Source: Firmicutes bacterium UBA5766 (GTDB lineage: Bacteria; Bacillota; Desulfotomaculia; Desulfotomaculales; Nap2-2B). Taken from it: 64,000 bases of DNA. The notes under the pieces are model-generated. The model worked only from the letters and a program-made list of their open reading frames with translations. It was not told the DNA's origin and did no database searches. A program made the position numbers and the translations under genes. Positions 31,721-40,693 of the stretch are shown here, piece by piece (positions within the stretch are counted from its first letter, which is position 1; each line of letters begins with the position of its first letter). The stretch spans positions 125 to 64,124 of the forward strand of contig DIEU01000033.1 of NCBI GenBank assembly GCA_002418775.1, in the 5' to 3' direction.

Positions 31721-32494
31721 TTATAATGCCGGGCTGGATATTATAGAACGGTTAATTACCGTTGCCAGTGAAGCTGCTCCAAAACCGTTGTCAATATTGA
31801 CTACACCGACTCCAGGTGTACAGCTGTTCAACATCCCCAGCAGGGCGGCCAGCCCTCCGAAACTTGCGCCGTAGCCTATGCTGGTAGGGACTGCAACTAC
31901 GGGACGGTCTGTAAGCCCGCCGACAACGCTTGGCAGGGCGCCTTCCATACCGGCAACAACAATTATGACAGCTGCTTTTTGGATTAGTTCCTGATGGTTT
32001 AAAAGCCGGTGCAAACCTGCCACACCTACATCAAACAGCTTTAAGACAATATTACCCATCGCCTGTGCGCATACGGCCGCCTCTTCAGCTACCGGAAGGT
32101 CGGCAGTTCCTGCGCTTATCACAAGGACAGGCGCAGGGTATAAAGGCTCGTCAGGCATACCGTAAACTAGGCAGCGCGCAATCTTATAATATTGTACATC
32201 CGGGCACAAGCTTTTTACTGCCGCAAACACGCGGTAACTTGCACGCGTGCCCAGTACTGTCCGATTCGAGCTAACCATTTGGTTAAAAATTTCGGCTGTC
32301 TGTTCAGGTCTTTTGCCCTCACAAAAAATTACTTCCGGAAAACCGCAGCGGATACTCCGATGGTTGTCTATCCTGGCAAAGTTCAAATCCTGATATGGGA
32401 GCAACTTCAATTGTTCCATTGCCTGGTTAACTGTAATTTCATGATCTGCTAAAAGTAACAGCATTTTTTCTAATTTTTCACGGTCCATACTCAA
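31721..32494 (-). CDS. larB: Nickel-pincer cofactor biosynthesis protein LarB (PurE-like carboxylase/hydrolase)
   Basis: NFARIDNHRSIRCGFPEVIFCEGK and the PurE-like fold AGMEGALPSVVGGL. Its ATG overlaps the larC stop by 4 nt. Confidence 0.8.
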   Translation of the reverse strand: MSMDREKLEKMLLLLADHEITVNQAMEQLKLLPYQDLNFARIDNHRSIRCGFPEVIFCEGKRPEQTAEIFNQMVSSNRTVLGTRASYRVFAAVKSLCPDVQYYKIARCLVYGMPDEPLYPAPVLVISAGTADLPVAEEAAVCAQAMGNIVLKLFDVGVAGLHRLLNHQELIQKAAVIIVVAGMEGALPSVVGGLTDRPVVAVPTSIGYGASFGGLAALLGMLNSCTPGVGVVNIDNGFGAASLATVINRSIISSPAL

Positions 32495-33699
32495 TTGATT
32501 TCCTTTAAAAGACTCCGTGCTGCCTGTAAAGAAGCGTCGTATACAGATCTAAGGGGGATATCTTTCTCACCGGCGATCTTACGGCAGTCCTCATATTCGG
32601 GGCTGATTTGTTTTTCACCGTTCGTGGTGGCAGATATTTTGACCCTGATTGGTCCGTATTCTGTTTCCACGCATATTTCCTGTCTGGGCAGGACAATGCG
32701 TCTTTCTTGACGAACTCGTATTCCAAGACTGGTAGTTTCCTTAAATATTATATTAATCAATTTCATTTTTATTTTAGAGGAGCAAAGAACAGTAAGCAGG
32801 CTTCCAGGACGCCCCTTTTTCATGACCAGGGGTGTTATTGATACGTCAATTGCTCCATGATTAAGCAGTTTGTCAGCAGCGAAAGCCAATATTTCAGGGT
32901 TCAAATCGTCAATGTTTGTTTGTAGGACGGTGATTTCCTGTTCAGGATTAACGGGTTCAATATCTGTTGTATTTTCTGCATCATCATATTCCCCGATAAA
33001 CACGCGCAGGGCATTAGGAATTCCGTAGTCATTTTGACCAAAGCCGTATCCGGTATGGATTAGCTTCATGCCCGGCATAATCCTGGTAAATTCAGACAAA
33101 ACAGTTACTATTGCCGCTCCGGTTGGTGTAACCAGTTCACCCTCAATGTCTATAAAACGGATTGGAAAACCTTTTATAATTTCTGCTGTCGCAGGCGCCG
33201 GGACTGGAAATACACCGTGACTGCACTGGACATACCCGTGACTGATTGGCAGAGGTGAGCAGTATACCTTTTCGATACCCAGTTCATCCAGCGCAAGAAG
33301 AGTTCCTACAATGTCGATAATTGTATCTATTGCCCCTAGCTCATGAAAGTGGACATTCTCCAGGGGAACTCCGTGTACCAATGCTTCTGCTCCGGCTAGT
33401 CTAAGGAAAACCGCAGAGGCATTAGTTTTTATGTCAGCAGGAAGAGAACTTTCTTCAATTAGTCGGGAAATAACAGAAAGATTGCGTAAAGGCATGTGAT
33501 GCTCATCTAATATTACTTGAAACCTGGATCCTTTTATGCCGTACGATCGATCCTTAAGAACCTTCAGTGCGTAACCCTGTATACCAAGATGTTTTAAACG
33601 TTCACTTATGTTCTCAAAGCTTGCGCCTGCATCAATCAAAGCTCCTAAAATCATATCACCGCTGATGCCGCTGAAACAATCAAAATACATTACTTTCAT
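32491..33699 (-). CDS. larC: Nickel insertion protein LarC (DUF111)
   Basis: MKVMYFDCFSGISGDMILGALIDAG is the canonical N-terminus. ATG at 33699 follows AGAGGA. The tracked 33783 start lies inside the predicted promoter. Confidence 0.85.
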   Translation of the reverse strand: MKVMYFDCFSGISGDMILGALIDAGASFENISERLKHLGIQGYALKVLKDRSYGIKGSRFQVILDEHHMPLRNLSVISRLIEESSLPADIKTNASAVFLRLAGAEALVHGVPLENVHFHELGAIDTIIDIVGTLLALDELGIEKVYCSPLPISHGYVQCSHGVFPVPAPATAEIIKGFPIRFIDIEGELVTPTGAAIVTVLSEFTRIMPGMKLIHTGYGFGQNDYGIPNALRVFIGEYDDAENTTDIEPVNPEQEITVLQTNIDDLNPEILAFAADKLLNHGAIDVSITPLVMKKGRPGSLLTVLCSSKIKMKLINIIFKETTSLGIRVRQERRIVLPRQEICVETEYGPIRVKISATTNGEKQISPEYEDCRKIAGEKDIPLRSVYDASLQAARSLLKEIN

Positions 33700-33754
33700 C
33701 TTCAGTCCTCTGATTACCGCAGGTTTTTTGTAGCAAAAACAAACCAACGGTTTT

Positions 33755-33783
33755 ATTGTATATTTTACACATGTTTGCGTCAA
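33755..33783 (-). promoter_or_regulatory. Sigma-A-type promoter for larC-larB
   Basis: On the minus strand: TTGACG (33783-33778), a 17-nt spacer, then TACAAT (33760-33755). Confidence 0.55.
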
Positions 33784-33834
33784 CCCGGGTTACCTGTTGA
33801 GAGTAGATATTAAAACCGCTGAAGCGACTTCTCT

Positions 33835-33871
33835 AATAAGTCAATTATCATAATAAGTCAAGCCTGACCCC
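33835..33871. repeat. 37-nt element, copy 2: AATAAGTCAA-N7-AATAAGTCAA-GCCTGACCCC
   Basis: Matches 19826-19862 at 34 of 37 positions. It lies between the divergent larC and pheA promoters. Confidence 0.8.
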
Positions 33872-33886
33872 AAATAATTTCATGGG

Positions 33887-33915
33887 TTGCTTCTTTAAGG
33901 AATATTTTTTATAAT
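33887..33915 (+). promoter_or_regulatory. Sigma-A-type promoter for pheA
   Basis: TTGCTT (33887-33892), a 17-nt spacer, then TATAAT (33910-33915). Confidence 0.5.
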
Positions 33916-34020
33916 CAGGACATAGCATAGAAAGTCTGCAGCTCTTTTGCCATATCTTTAGTTGGAGGCTTTTTATTCTGACCGCTTCACTTGGTTGTCC
34001 CGAAAAGGAATGATCAAAAT

Positions 34021-34893
34021 TTGAAAAAAATCGGGTATCTAGGCCCGCCGGGAACTTTTTCTGAACTGGCGGCACGCTTTTATCTTGATCGGCTTAAAAA
34101 AGGTGGTAATTATGAAGAAGCGGACGCAGTCTGCCTTTCTTCCTTTGCCGATATCTTAGCCGCGGTTGAATCAGGTGAACTCGAGGAAGGACTCCTTCCT
34201 TTTGAGAATTCAACTGAAGGTTCAATTAATATAATACTTGATTTACTGGCCCACCGGTTTAAAGAGGTAAAAATCAAAGAAGAGGCGATTATTCCGGTTG
34301 TCCATCAACTCCTGGCGCGTCAATGGTTCAGCACTGACGAAATTGAGGTTGTAGTCTCCCATCCGCAAGCGCTTGCGCAATGCAGAGGTTTCATTGAACA
34401 GTATCTATACCGGGCACAAAAAAAGGAAGTCATCAGCACAGCTGAAGCTGCCCGTCTTGTATCACTCCAACAGGAGCCATGGGCCGCAATAGGAACATCC
34501 CTGGTTGCGGAAACATTTAACCTTGTCGTTATTACAGGAAACGTAAACGATTATCCGGAAAATGCCACGAGGTTTGTAATTATAGCTATGCAGGACAGTA
34601 AACCCGTTCCCGGCTGTAAAACTTCCCTTATTTTGTCTGTCAACGACCGCCCGGGAGCGCTTTCTGATATCCTGATAGAATTTGCCAAAAGGCAGATTAA
34701 CCTGACGCATATTGAATCGCGCCCCACAAAGAGCAGGCTGGGTGATTATTTATTCTTTATCGATTTTGAGGGACACCGCGAAGATTCTCATGTTCGCAAT
34801 GCCTTGTCATGTATCAAAGATTATACTATCAGCATGCGTATCTTGGGATCATATCCCGCACACAGCGCCGCCAAAGAAAGAGAAAATTCTTGA
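34021..34893 (+). CDS. pheA: Prephenate dehydratase with C-terminal ACT domain
   Basis: KKIGYLGPPGTFSE, TRFVII, and ESRP in THIESRPTKS. TTG at 34021 is the likely start; the tracked ORF begins at 33991. Confidence 0.9.
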   Translation: MKKIGYLGPPGTFSELAARFYLDRLKKGGNYEEADAVCLSSFADILAAVESGELEEGLLPFENSTEGSINIILDLLAHRFKEVKIKEEAIIPVVHQLLARQWFSTDEIEVVVSHPQALAQCRGFIEQYLYRAQKKEVISTAEAARLVSLQQEPWAAIGTSLVAETFNLVVITGNVNDYPENATRFVIIAMQDSKPVPGCKTSLILSVNDRPGALSDILIEFAKRQINLTHIESRPTKSRLGDYLFFIDFEGHREDSHVRNALSCIKDYTISMRILGSYPAHSAAKERENS

Positions 34894-35114
34894 CATCAGT
34901 TTAAAGTAAGGGCTAGAATATTATGTGGACATGCTTCCCCAAAAGGTGTTGTTATTTTTTGGATTGTCTTACAGGAGGAAGTTTTTTTAAATAATTTTTA
35001 AGGAGGTGTGTGAAAAGAAGAAAAGTGTAAAATAAGTTATGTGACTTAATAGTAATGGATTTATTTTTAGAATTTTTTGTTTGATTAGAAACTCTGTTGG
35101 AAGGGAGTTAAAAA

Positions 35115-35747
35115 ATGTCGCAGAAATATCATTATTTAGCACGGCGGCTGCATTCCTTTACAGGAATTTTTCCGGTGGGCATTTTTTTATGTGTACATTT
35201 ATGCATCAACTCTTTCATCTTTAAGGGGCCGGAGGCCTATGACTGGGCAATCGGACTTTTAGAAAGGTCGCCGCTGACGCCTTATATTGAAGTAGGTTTA
35301 ATAGGCATCCCTATACTTTACCATGCGCTCTATGGTGTTTGGGTAACCTATATTTCAAAGACCAATATATTTCAATATAAGTATTTCAGAAACTGGATGT
35401 TTTATTTGCAGCGCTTTACGGCAATTGTAACATTCCTTTTTGTTTTCTGGCATATTTACGTCCTCAGAATAGCCAGAATCTTTACCGGGACCGAGATGGA
35501 TTTTGCCACTATCGCAGCATGGCTTTCCGATCCTACTATTTACATAATTTATATAATCGGTTATCTGGCCGCTGTTTTCCACTTCTGCAACGGCATCTGG
35601 TCTTTCCTGATCAGCTGGGGAATTACAATCGGCTCAGAAGCGCAAAATTTTGTCATGTGTGTCTGCACATTAATTTTTATTGCCTTGGGCGTTGTTGGTA
35701 TTGCGGGCTTAACTCTTTTAAGCAAAGCGGTTGTCTTAATACGTTGA
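35115..35747 (+). CDS. sdhC: Succinate dehydrogenase / fumarate reductase cytochrome b subunit (five-TM dihaem type)
   Basis: 210 aa with five hydrophobic helices carrying conserved His residues. It lies directly upstream of sdhA and sdhB. Confidence 0.8.
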   Translation: MSQKYHYLARRLHSFTGIFPVGIFLCVHLCINSFIFKGPEAYDWAIGLLERSPLTPYIEVGLIGIPILYHALYGVWVTYISKTNIFQYKYFRNWMFYLQRFTAIVTFLFVFWHIYVLRIARIFTGTEMDFATIAAWLSDPTIYIIYIIGYLAAVFHFCNGIWSFLISWGITIGSEAQNFVMCVCTLIFIALGVVGIAGLTLLSKAVVLIR

Positions 35748-35772
35748 TAGTTATTTTGCAGGGGAAGGGGTT

Positions 35773-37575
35773 TTGAAATTGAAGTTTATTGTTGTAGGCG
35801 GCGGCCTTGCAGGCCTTATGGCTACGATAAAAATTGCTGAAAAAGGCGAAAATGTAGATTTAATCTCTTTTGTTCATGTTAAGCGTTCCCACTCGGTTTG
35901 TGCCCAGGGTGGAATTAATGGCGCAGTAAACACCAAAGGAGAAGGAGATTCGCCCTGGAACCATTTTGATGATACCCTTCTGGGAGGGGATTATCTTGCC
36001 AACCAACCCCCCGTGCTCGGAATGTGCGAGGCAGCGCCGGGGATTATTTATCTTATGGATCGAATGGGTGTTCCCTTTACACGTACTCCGGAAGGCAACC
36101 TTGATTTCCGCAGATTCGGAGGAACACTGGTCCACAGGACTGCTTTTTCCGGTTCTACAACGGGGCAGCAGCTTCTCTATGCCCTTGATGAACAGGTACG
36201 TTATTGGGAAACGCAGGGCAAGGTCAATAAATTTGAAGATTGGGATTACCTGTCTGCCGTAATTGATGATAACGGTGTTTGCCGCGGTTGTATTGCCCAG
36301 GATATGAAAACGATGGAAATAAGGTCGTTCCAAGGTGATGCGGTAATTCTATGCACTGGTGGTCTTGGCGCTGTCTATGGAAAAACGACGAATTCAATTA
36401 TCAATACCGGCAGCCCGGCGAGCAGCGCATATCAGCAGGGTGTATATTACGCAAACCCGGAAATGATCCAGATTCATCCCACATGTATTGGCGGAGACGA
36501 TAAACTAAGGCTGATTTCTGAAGGGGTACGCGGTGACGGCGGACGTCTTTGGACATATAAGGACGGGAAGCCCTGGTTCTTCATGGAGGAGTGGTATCCT
36601 GCCTATGGCAATCTCGTCTCCCGTGATGTTGCCAGCAGGGGCATTTTTAAAGTGTGCCGTGAATTAGGACTTGGTCTGGACGGAGGAGATTCCGTTTATT
36701 TGGATGTTACCCATCTTGAACCCGACTGGATAGAGAAAAGACAGCACGGCGTTTTGGAAATTTACCGTAAGTTTGCCGGCGAGGAACCAACCAAAGTGCC
36801 TATGAAAGTATTCCCGGCGATGCATTATTCAATGGGCGGCATGTGGGTCGATTATAATCAGATGACCAACATTCCGGGCCTGTTTGCAGCCGGGGAATGT
36901 GAATATCAGTACCACGGAGCCAACAGGCTTGGCGCAAACTCGCTTATTTCCTGCTTGTACGCCGGTACAGTAGTCGGGGACAAAGTAATGGAATACTGCA
37001 AGGGGCTTAAGAAAACCTCCAGCGATGTCTCAAGTAAAGTTTTTGATGCGGAAATGGCCAGGCAGAAAGCCGGCATGGATAAGATACTTAAGTTTAACGG
37101 CCCGGAAAATCCCTATGTGCTGAAAGACGAAATGAATAATTATATGTCCACTTATGTTGGTGTTGTGCGCACGACCAAACAACTGCAGGATACTGACAAG
37201 AAGCTTTTAGAATTAATGGAGAGGTATAAGAAACTCGGTGTCTATGACACAGGCGGCTGGTCCAACCGGACGGCCATATTTATCCGGCACTTATGGAATA
37301 TGTTCGAATTAGCCAGGGGAATAGTCGGAGGCTCTCTGCTGCGTAAGGAAAGCAGGGGCGCGCATTATATGCCTGAATATCCCAACCGGGATGACGAGAA
37401 CTGGCTGAAAACCACCAAAGCCAAATGGACACCAAGCGGCCCGCAATTCTCCCTGGAAGACGTGGATATATCTTTGGTCAAACCAAGAGTGCGCCGTTAT
37501 GATGTCACCAAGGATCAGGTAATTAAAGAGGCCGCAGAAAAAGAGGCCGCCTCAAGCAAGGAGGGGGCGAAATAA
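35773..37575 (+). CDS. sdhA: Succinate dehydrogenase / fumarate reductase flavoprotein subunit
   Basis: VVGGGLAGL, SHSVCAQGGIN (FAD-linking His), HYSMGG and RGAHY. TTG start. Confidence 0.95.
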   Translation: MKLKFIVVGGGLAGLMATIKIAEKGENVDLISFVHVKRSHSVCAQGGINGAVNTKGEGDSPWNHFDDTLLGGDYLANQPPVLGMCEAAPGIIYLMDRMGVPFTRTPEGNLDFRRFGGTLVHRTAFSGSTTGQQLLYALDEQVRYWETQGKVNKFEDWDYLSAVIDDNGVCRGCIAQDMKTMEIRSFQGDAVILCTGGLGAVYGKTTNSIINTGSPASSAYQQGVYYANPEMIQIHPTCIGGDDKLRLISEGVRGDGGRLWTYKDGKPWFFMEEWYPAYGNLVSRDVASRGIFKVCRELGLGLDGGDSVYLDVTHLEPDWIEKRQHGVLEIYRKFAGEEPTKVPMKVFPAMHYSMGGMWVDYNQMTNIPGLFAAGECEYQYHGANRLGANSLISCLYAGTVVGDKVMEYCKGLKKTSSDVSSKVFDAEMARQKAGMDKILKFNGPENPYVLKDEMNNYMSTYVGVVRTTKQLQDTDKKLLELMERYKKLGVYDTGGWSNRTAIFIRHLWNMFELARGIVGGSLLRKESRGAHYMPEYPNRDDENWLKTTKAKWTPSGPQFSLEDVDISLVKPRVRRYDVTKDQVIKEAAEKEAASSKEGAK

Positions 37576-37578
37576 AAA

Positions 37579-38355
37579 ATGAGTGACGTTATTTTAAAGA
37601 TTAAACGCCAGGACGGTCCCAACTCCAGGCCGTACTGGGAGGAATTTAAAGTTCCCGTTGCGCCCAAGGCTAATGTAATTTCGTTGCTCCTTGAAATCCA
37701 AAGGAACCCTGTTAACTTGCAGGGCAAACCAACAACCCCGGTAATCTGGGACTGCAACTGCCTGGAAGAGGTTTGCGGCGCCTGCAGTATGGTAATCAAC
37801 GGAGTTGCCCGCCAGGCATGCGCTGCCCTGGTAGATACGCTCAGTAAGCCGATCGTCCTGCAGCCGTTGAGCAAATTCCCCTTGGTCCGCGATCTGATGG
37901 TCGATCGGCAAAAAATGTTTGAGAATTTGAAAAAGATCAAAGCGTGGGTTCCCATAGACGGGACTTATTACATGGGCCCCGGCCCCAAAGTTGCTCCCAG
38001 CGTTCAGGATGAACGTTACCTGATTTCATGCTGTATGACCTGCGGGTGCTGCATGGAAGCCTGTCCTTATGTCAATCCCAAGTCAAATTACATGGGGCCG
38101 ACATGTATGGCGCAGGTAAAGTTATTCAATGCCCATCCGACAGGGGCCATGTATAAGGACGAACGTTTGGATGCCATAGCAGGCGACGGCGGAATTGCGG
38201 ACTGCGGTAATGCGCAAAACTGCGAGAGAGTATGTCCCAAGGAAATTCCGCTGGTCTCAATTATTGCCGAGCTTAACCGTGAAACTGCTTTCCGTGGATT
38301 TAACCGTTGGTTAAAAGGCAAGCCCAAAGGTCCCGGCCTAGCGGCTCCAGGCTAG
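37579..38355 (+). CDS. sdhB: Succinate dehydrogenase / fumarate reductase iron-sulfur subunit
   Basis: Three Cys clusters: CNCLEEVCGACS, CMTCGCCMEACP and CGNAQNCERVCP. Confidence 0.95.
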   Translation: MSDVILKIKRQDGPNSRPYWEEFKVPVAPKANVISLLLEIQRNPVNLQGKPTTPVIWDCNCLEEVCGACSMVINGVARQACAALVDTLSKPIVLQPLSKFPLVRDLMVDRQKMFENLKKIKAWVPIDGTYYMGPGPKVAPSVQDERYLISCCMTCGCCMEACPYVNPKSNYMGPTCMAQVKLFNAHPTGAMYKDERLDAIAGDGGIADCGNAQNCERVCPKEIPLVSIIAELNRETAFRGFNRWLKGKPKGPGLAAPG

Positions 38356-38384
38356 AAAAGAAACAATAAATGGCTTTCAAAAAT

Positions 38385-38420
38385 AAAGGTTGCCCGAACC
38401 GGGGCAGCCTTTACCTTTAA
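38385..38420 (+). terminator. Hairpin after sdhB (probable terminator with a weak U-tract)
   Basis: 11-bp stem 38385-38395 / 38402-38412 with one G-U pair, followed by ACCTTTAAAA. Confidence 0.4.
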
Positions 38421-38510
38421 AAGCAGGTAGTTAACCTCCCTTAACCTAAATTTGCTTTATTCTGTATATTGTGGTATAAAAAAGTAATACTTAATCGAGG
38501 AGGTCTTCTA

Positions 38511-38801
38511 ATGAATTGTCCTAACTGCAATCAGAATCTTCAAAATGATTTCAAATTCTGTCCATATTGCGGTTCCGAAGTTAGCAGGAATCTTTCTTGT
38601 CCCTCGTGTGGGAGCAAAGTGGAACAAAATTGGGTTTCCTGTCCACAATGCGGTACAGCTTTAAAGGGAACGGCTCCCCGGCAGGTTCCGCAGCAGCAAA
38701 TTCCAAGGCCGGAGCATCAACCATATGGATATCAGCACAGCAGTTCCGGAAGAAAACACCGCCGCAAGAAAGGCTTTCTGGGAGGCCTGTTTTCTTCCTG
38801 A
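38511..38801 (+). CDS. Double zinc-ribbon protein
   Basis: ATG at 38511 follows GGAGG. CxxC pairs are CPNC..CPYC and CPSC..CPQC. The linker is Pro/Gln-rich, with a basic patch and a GFLGGLFSS tail. Confidence 0.75.
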   Translation: MNCPNCNQNLQNDFKFCPYCGSEVSRNLSCPSCGSKVEQNWVSCPQCGTALKGTAPRQVPQQQIPRPEHQPYGYQHSSSGRKHRRKKGFLGGLFSS

Positions 38802-38891
38802 AAGGAAAAATCTCATCATGGATATTGCTTTAAGTCATACCTCGGCCGGGGAAGTTATGGAGCCGTTCTAAAAGTCGAGAAAAATGGCCGG

Positions 38892-39689
38892 TTGTATGCT
38901 TTAAAGGCTTTGTTTAACAATTCTGAAGAAAGTCCTGATTTTCCGCCGTATTTCCTATTGGAAAAAGAGATCCTGGAACGTATAACCTGCAGGGGGACGC
39001 CAAGGTTTGTTGAAAGTTTTTCCCTGGGGGATATATACTGTATAGTTCAGGAATACATACCAGGGTGGCCCTTAAGTTACTTTATTGATACAGGCTGCCG
39101 TTTCAGTGAACAAGAAGTCAGGAACATATTAAAAAAACTTTTCGCTATTCTTGCTGAACTGCATTGCCCTTTAGCAAAAGATAACGCTGTTATCCACCGC
39201 GATATTCGTTTGTCTAACCTTTTACTTAATAAGGGAAACCTATATTTGGTTGATTTTGGTCTGGCAAGATTCCTTGATCCGCTTCAATTTCCTCTTTGTC
39301 ATGACCCGGTGGAAATCATATCTTCAGAAAAAGCGCTTAAATATGTCCGTCCTGTTCATAGTTTTAGAATGAAAGGGCAGAATATTCCCGGATCTGTAAC
39401 CTACTCCCTGTTGCGGAAGGAAATCAGTCCCCGCAGCGATTTGTTCGGCGCAGGGGTTGTTGCGGTAGATCTATTTGCAAACCAGGTTGAAGATGAAGCA
39501 CAATTTGCCTTGCCATGGGAGAAAGTTCTCACCCTCTCAGACTCGTTTATTTGTTTTCTTAAAAAACTGCTTGGCAGGGAGGAGGAATTCCAAACTGCTC
39601 AAGAAGCTTTGAAGCGCCTCGAATTTCTATCAGATAATAATATCTGTACAAGCCAAAAAGCGGCGGAAAATATTTTGTTCACAGAATAA
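38892..39689 (+). CDS. Ser/Thr-protein-kinase-like protein. Homology extends upstream to 38802 with no start codon, so it may be a pseudogene or recoded.
   Basis: YALKAL (VAIK Lys), HRDIRLSNLL (catalytic loop) and DFGLAR. The glycine loop LGRGSYGAV lies at 38841-38867, in frame but upstream of the first possible start (TTG 38892). Confidence 0.6.
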   Translation: MYALKALFNNSEESPDFPPYFLLEKEILERITCRGTPRFVESFSLGDIYCIVQEYIPGWPLSYFIDTGCRFSEQEVRNILKKLFAILAELHCPLAKDNAVIHRDIRLSNLLLNKGNLYLVDFGLARFLDPLQFPLCHDPVEIISSEKALKYVRPVHSFRMKGQNIPGSVTYSLLRKEISPRSDLFGAGVVAVDLFANQVEDEAQFALPWEKVLTLSDSFICFLKKLLGREEEFQTAQEALKRLEFLSDNNICTSQKAAENILFTE

Positions 39690-39694
39690 AAAAC

Positions 39695-39716
39695 TTGGAG
39701 GAAAACTACCCTCCAA
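39695..39716. terminator. Bidirectional hairpin terminator between the kinase-like gene and the cysteine synthase gene
   Basis: TTGGAGG (39695-39701) pairs with CCTCCAA (39710-39716). An A-run precedes it and a T-rich tract follows. Confidence 0.55.
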
Positions 39717-39769
39717 ATTTATTCAAGAGAAAGAACCGCAACTAATTTATCTTTAATTATTTTATTTTT

Positions 39770-40678
39770 TTAAGGAGGACATTTCCCGCAAACTGACTTA
39801 AAAAGGGTTGTACTGAGGTAACGATCACCCCGGTCAGGCAGCAGGGCTACAATTGTTCCGGAATCCATTTCGGCCGCCAGGCGAAGCGCCCCCGCCACGG
39901 CAGCCCCGCTGGACATGCCGGCGAAAATACCTTCTTCCAGAGCAAGCCTTCTGGTTATTCCAAACGCTTCTTCATCTTCAACGACAATTATCCGGTCCAG
40001 CATTGCAGGATCGTAAATAGCAGGAACAATAGATTCTGTCATGTTTTTAAGCCCCTGTATCGTATGACCTACTGTCGGTTCTATCCCGACAATCTTTATA
40101 CCGGACTTTCTTTCTTTAAGGTACTGGCTTATGCCCATCAGAGTACCGGTTGTCCCCATTCCTGCCACAAATACATCGACTTCCCCGTTTGTCTGGGAAT
40201 ATATTTCCGGTCCGGTGGTCTCGTAATGAGCAAGAATATTGTTCAAGTTTACAAATTGATTGGGCATATAGTATGATTCCGGTTCATTTTTCATGATTTC
40301 ATGGGCTTTACGGATGGCCCCGTCCGTCAACTCACATGCATTGGTAAGAATAGCTTCCGCGCCGTGAGCTTCCAGGATATGCCTTCTTTCTATACTGACA
40401 CATTCAGGCATAATCAATTTCACTTTATAGCCCTTTGACGCCCCGATCATTGCCAGCGCTATACCTGTATTGCCGGAGGTGGGCTCTAAAATAACCTTAT
40501 CATGTGTTAATTCACCCGACTCTTCCGCCTTTTTAATCATGTAGTAGGCCGGCCTGTCCTTGACTGATCCTCCCGGGTTGTTACCTTCAAGCTTGGCCAA
40601 AATTCTCACTCGGGGATTGCTGTTTAAGTTTTTTAAAGCTACAAGCGGGGTGTTGCCAATAGCTGATAAAACACTCAT
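39770..40678 (-). CDS. Cysteine synthase family PLP enzyme (CysK/CysM-like)
   Basis: GNTPLV, PLP lysine in PGGSVKDR, the TSGNTG loop, and the unusual C-terminal tail CGKCPP. Confidence 0.85.
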   Translation of the reverse strand: MSVLSAIGNTPLVALKNLNSNPRVRILAKLEGNNPGGSVKDRPAYYMIKKAEESGELTHDKVILEPTSGNTGIALAMIGASKGYKVKLIMPECVSIERRHILEAHGAEAILTNACELTDGAIRKAHEIMKNEPESYYMPNQFVNLNNILAHYETTGPEIYSQTNGEVDVFVAGMGTTGTLMGISQYLKERKSGIKIVGIEPTVGHTIQGLKNMTESIVPAIYDPAMLDRIIVVEDEEAFGITRRLALEEGIFAGMSSGAAVAGALRLAAEMDSGTIVALLPDRGDRYLSTTLFKSVCGKCPP

Positions 40679-40693
40679 TAAAGTTTCTCCCTC

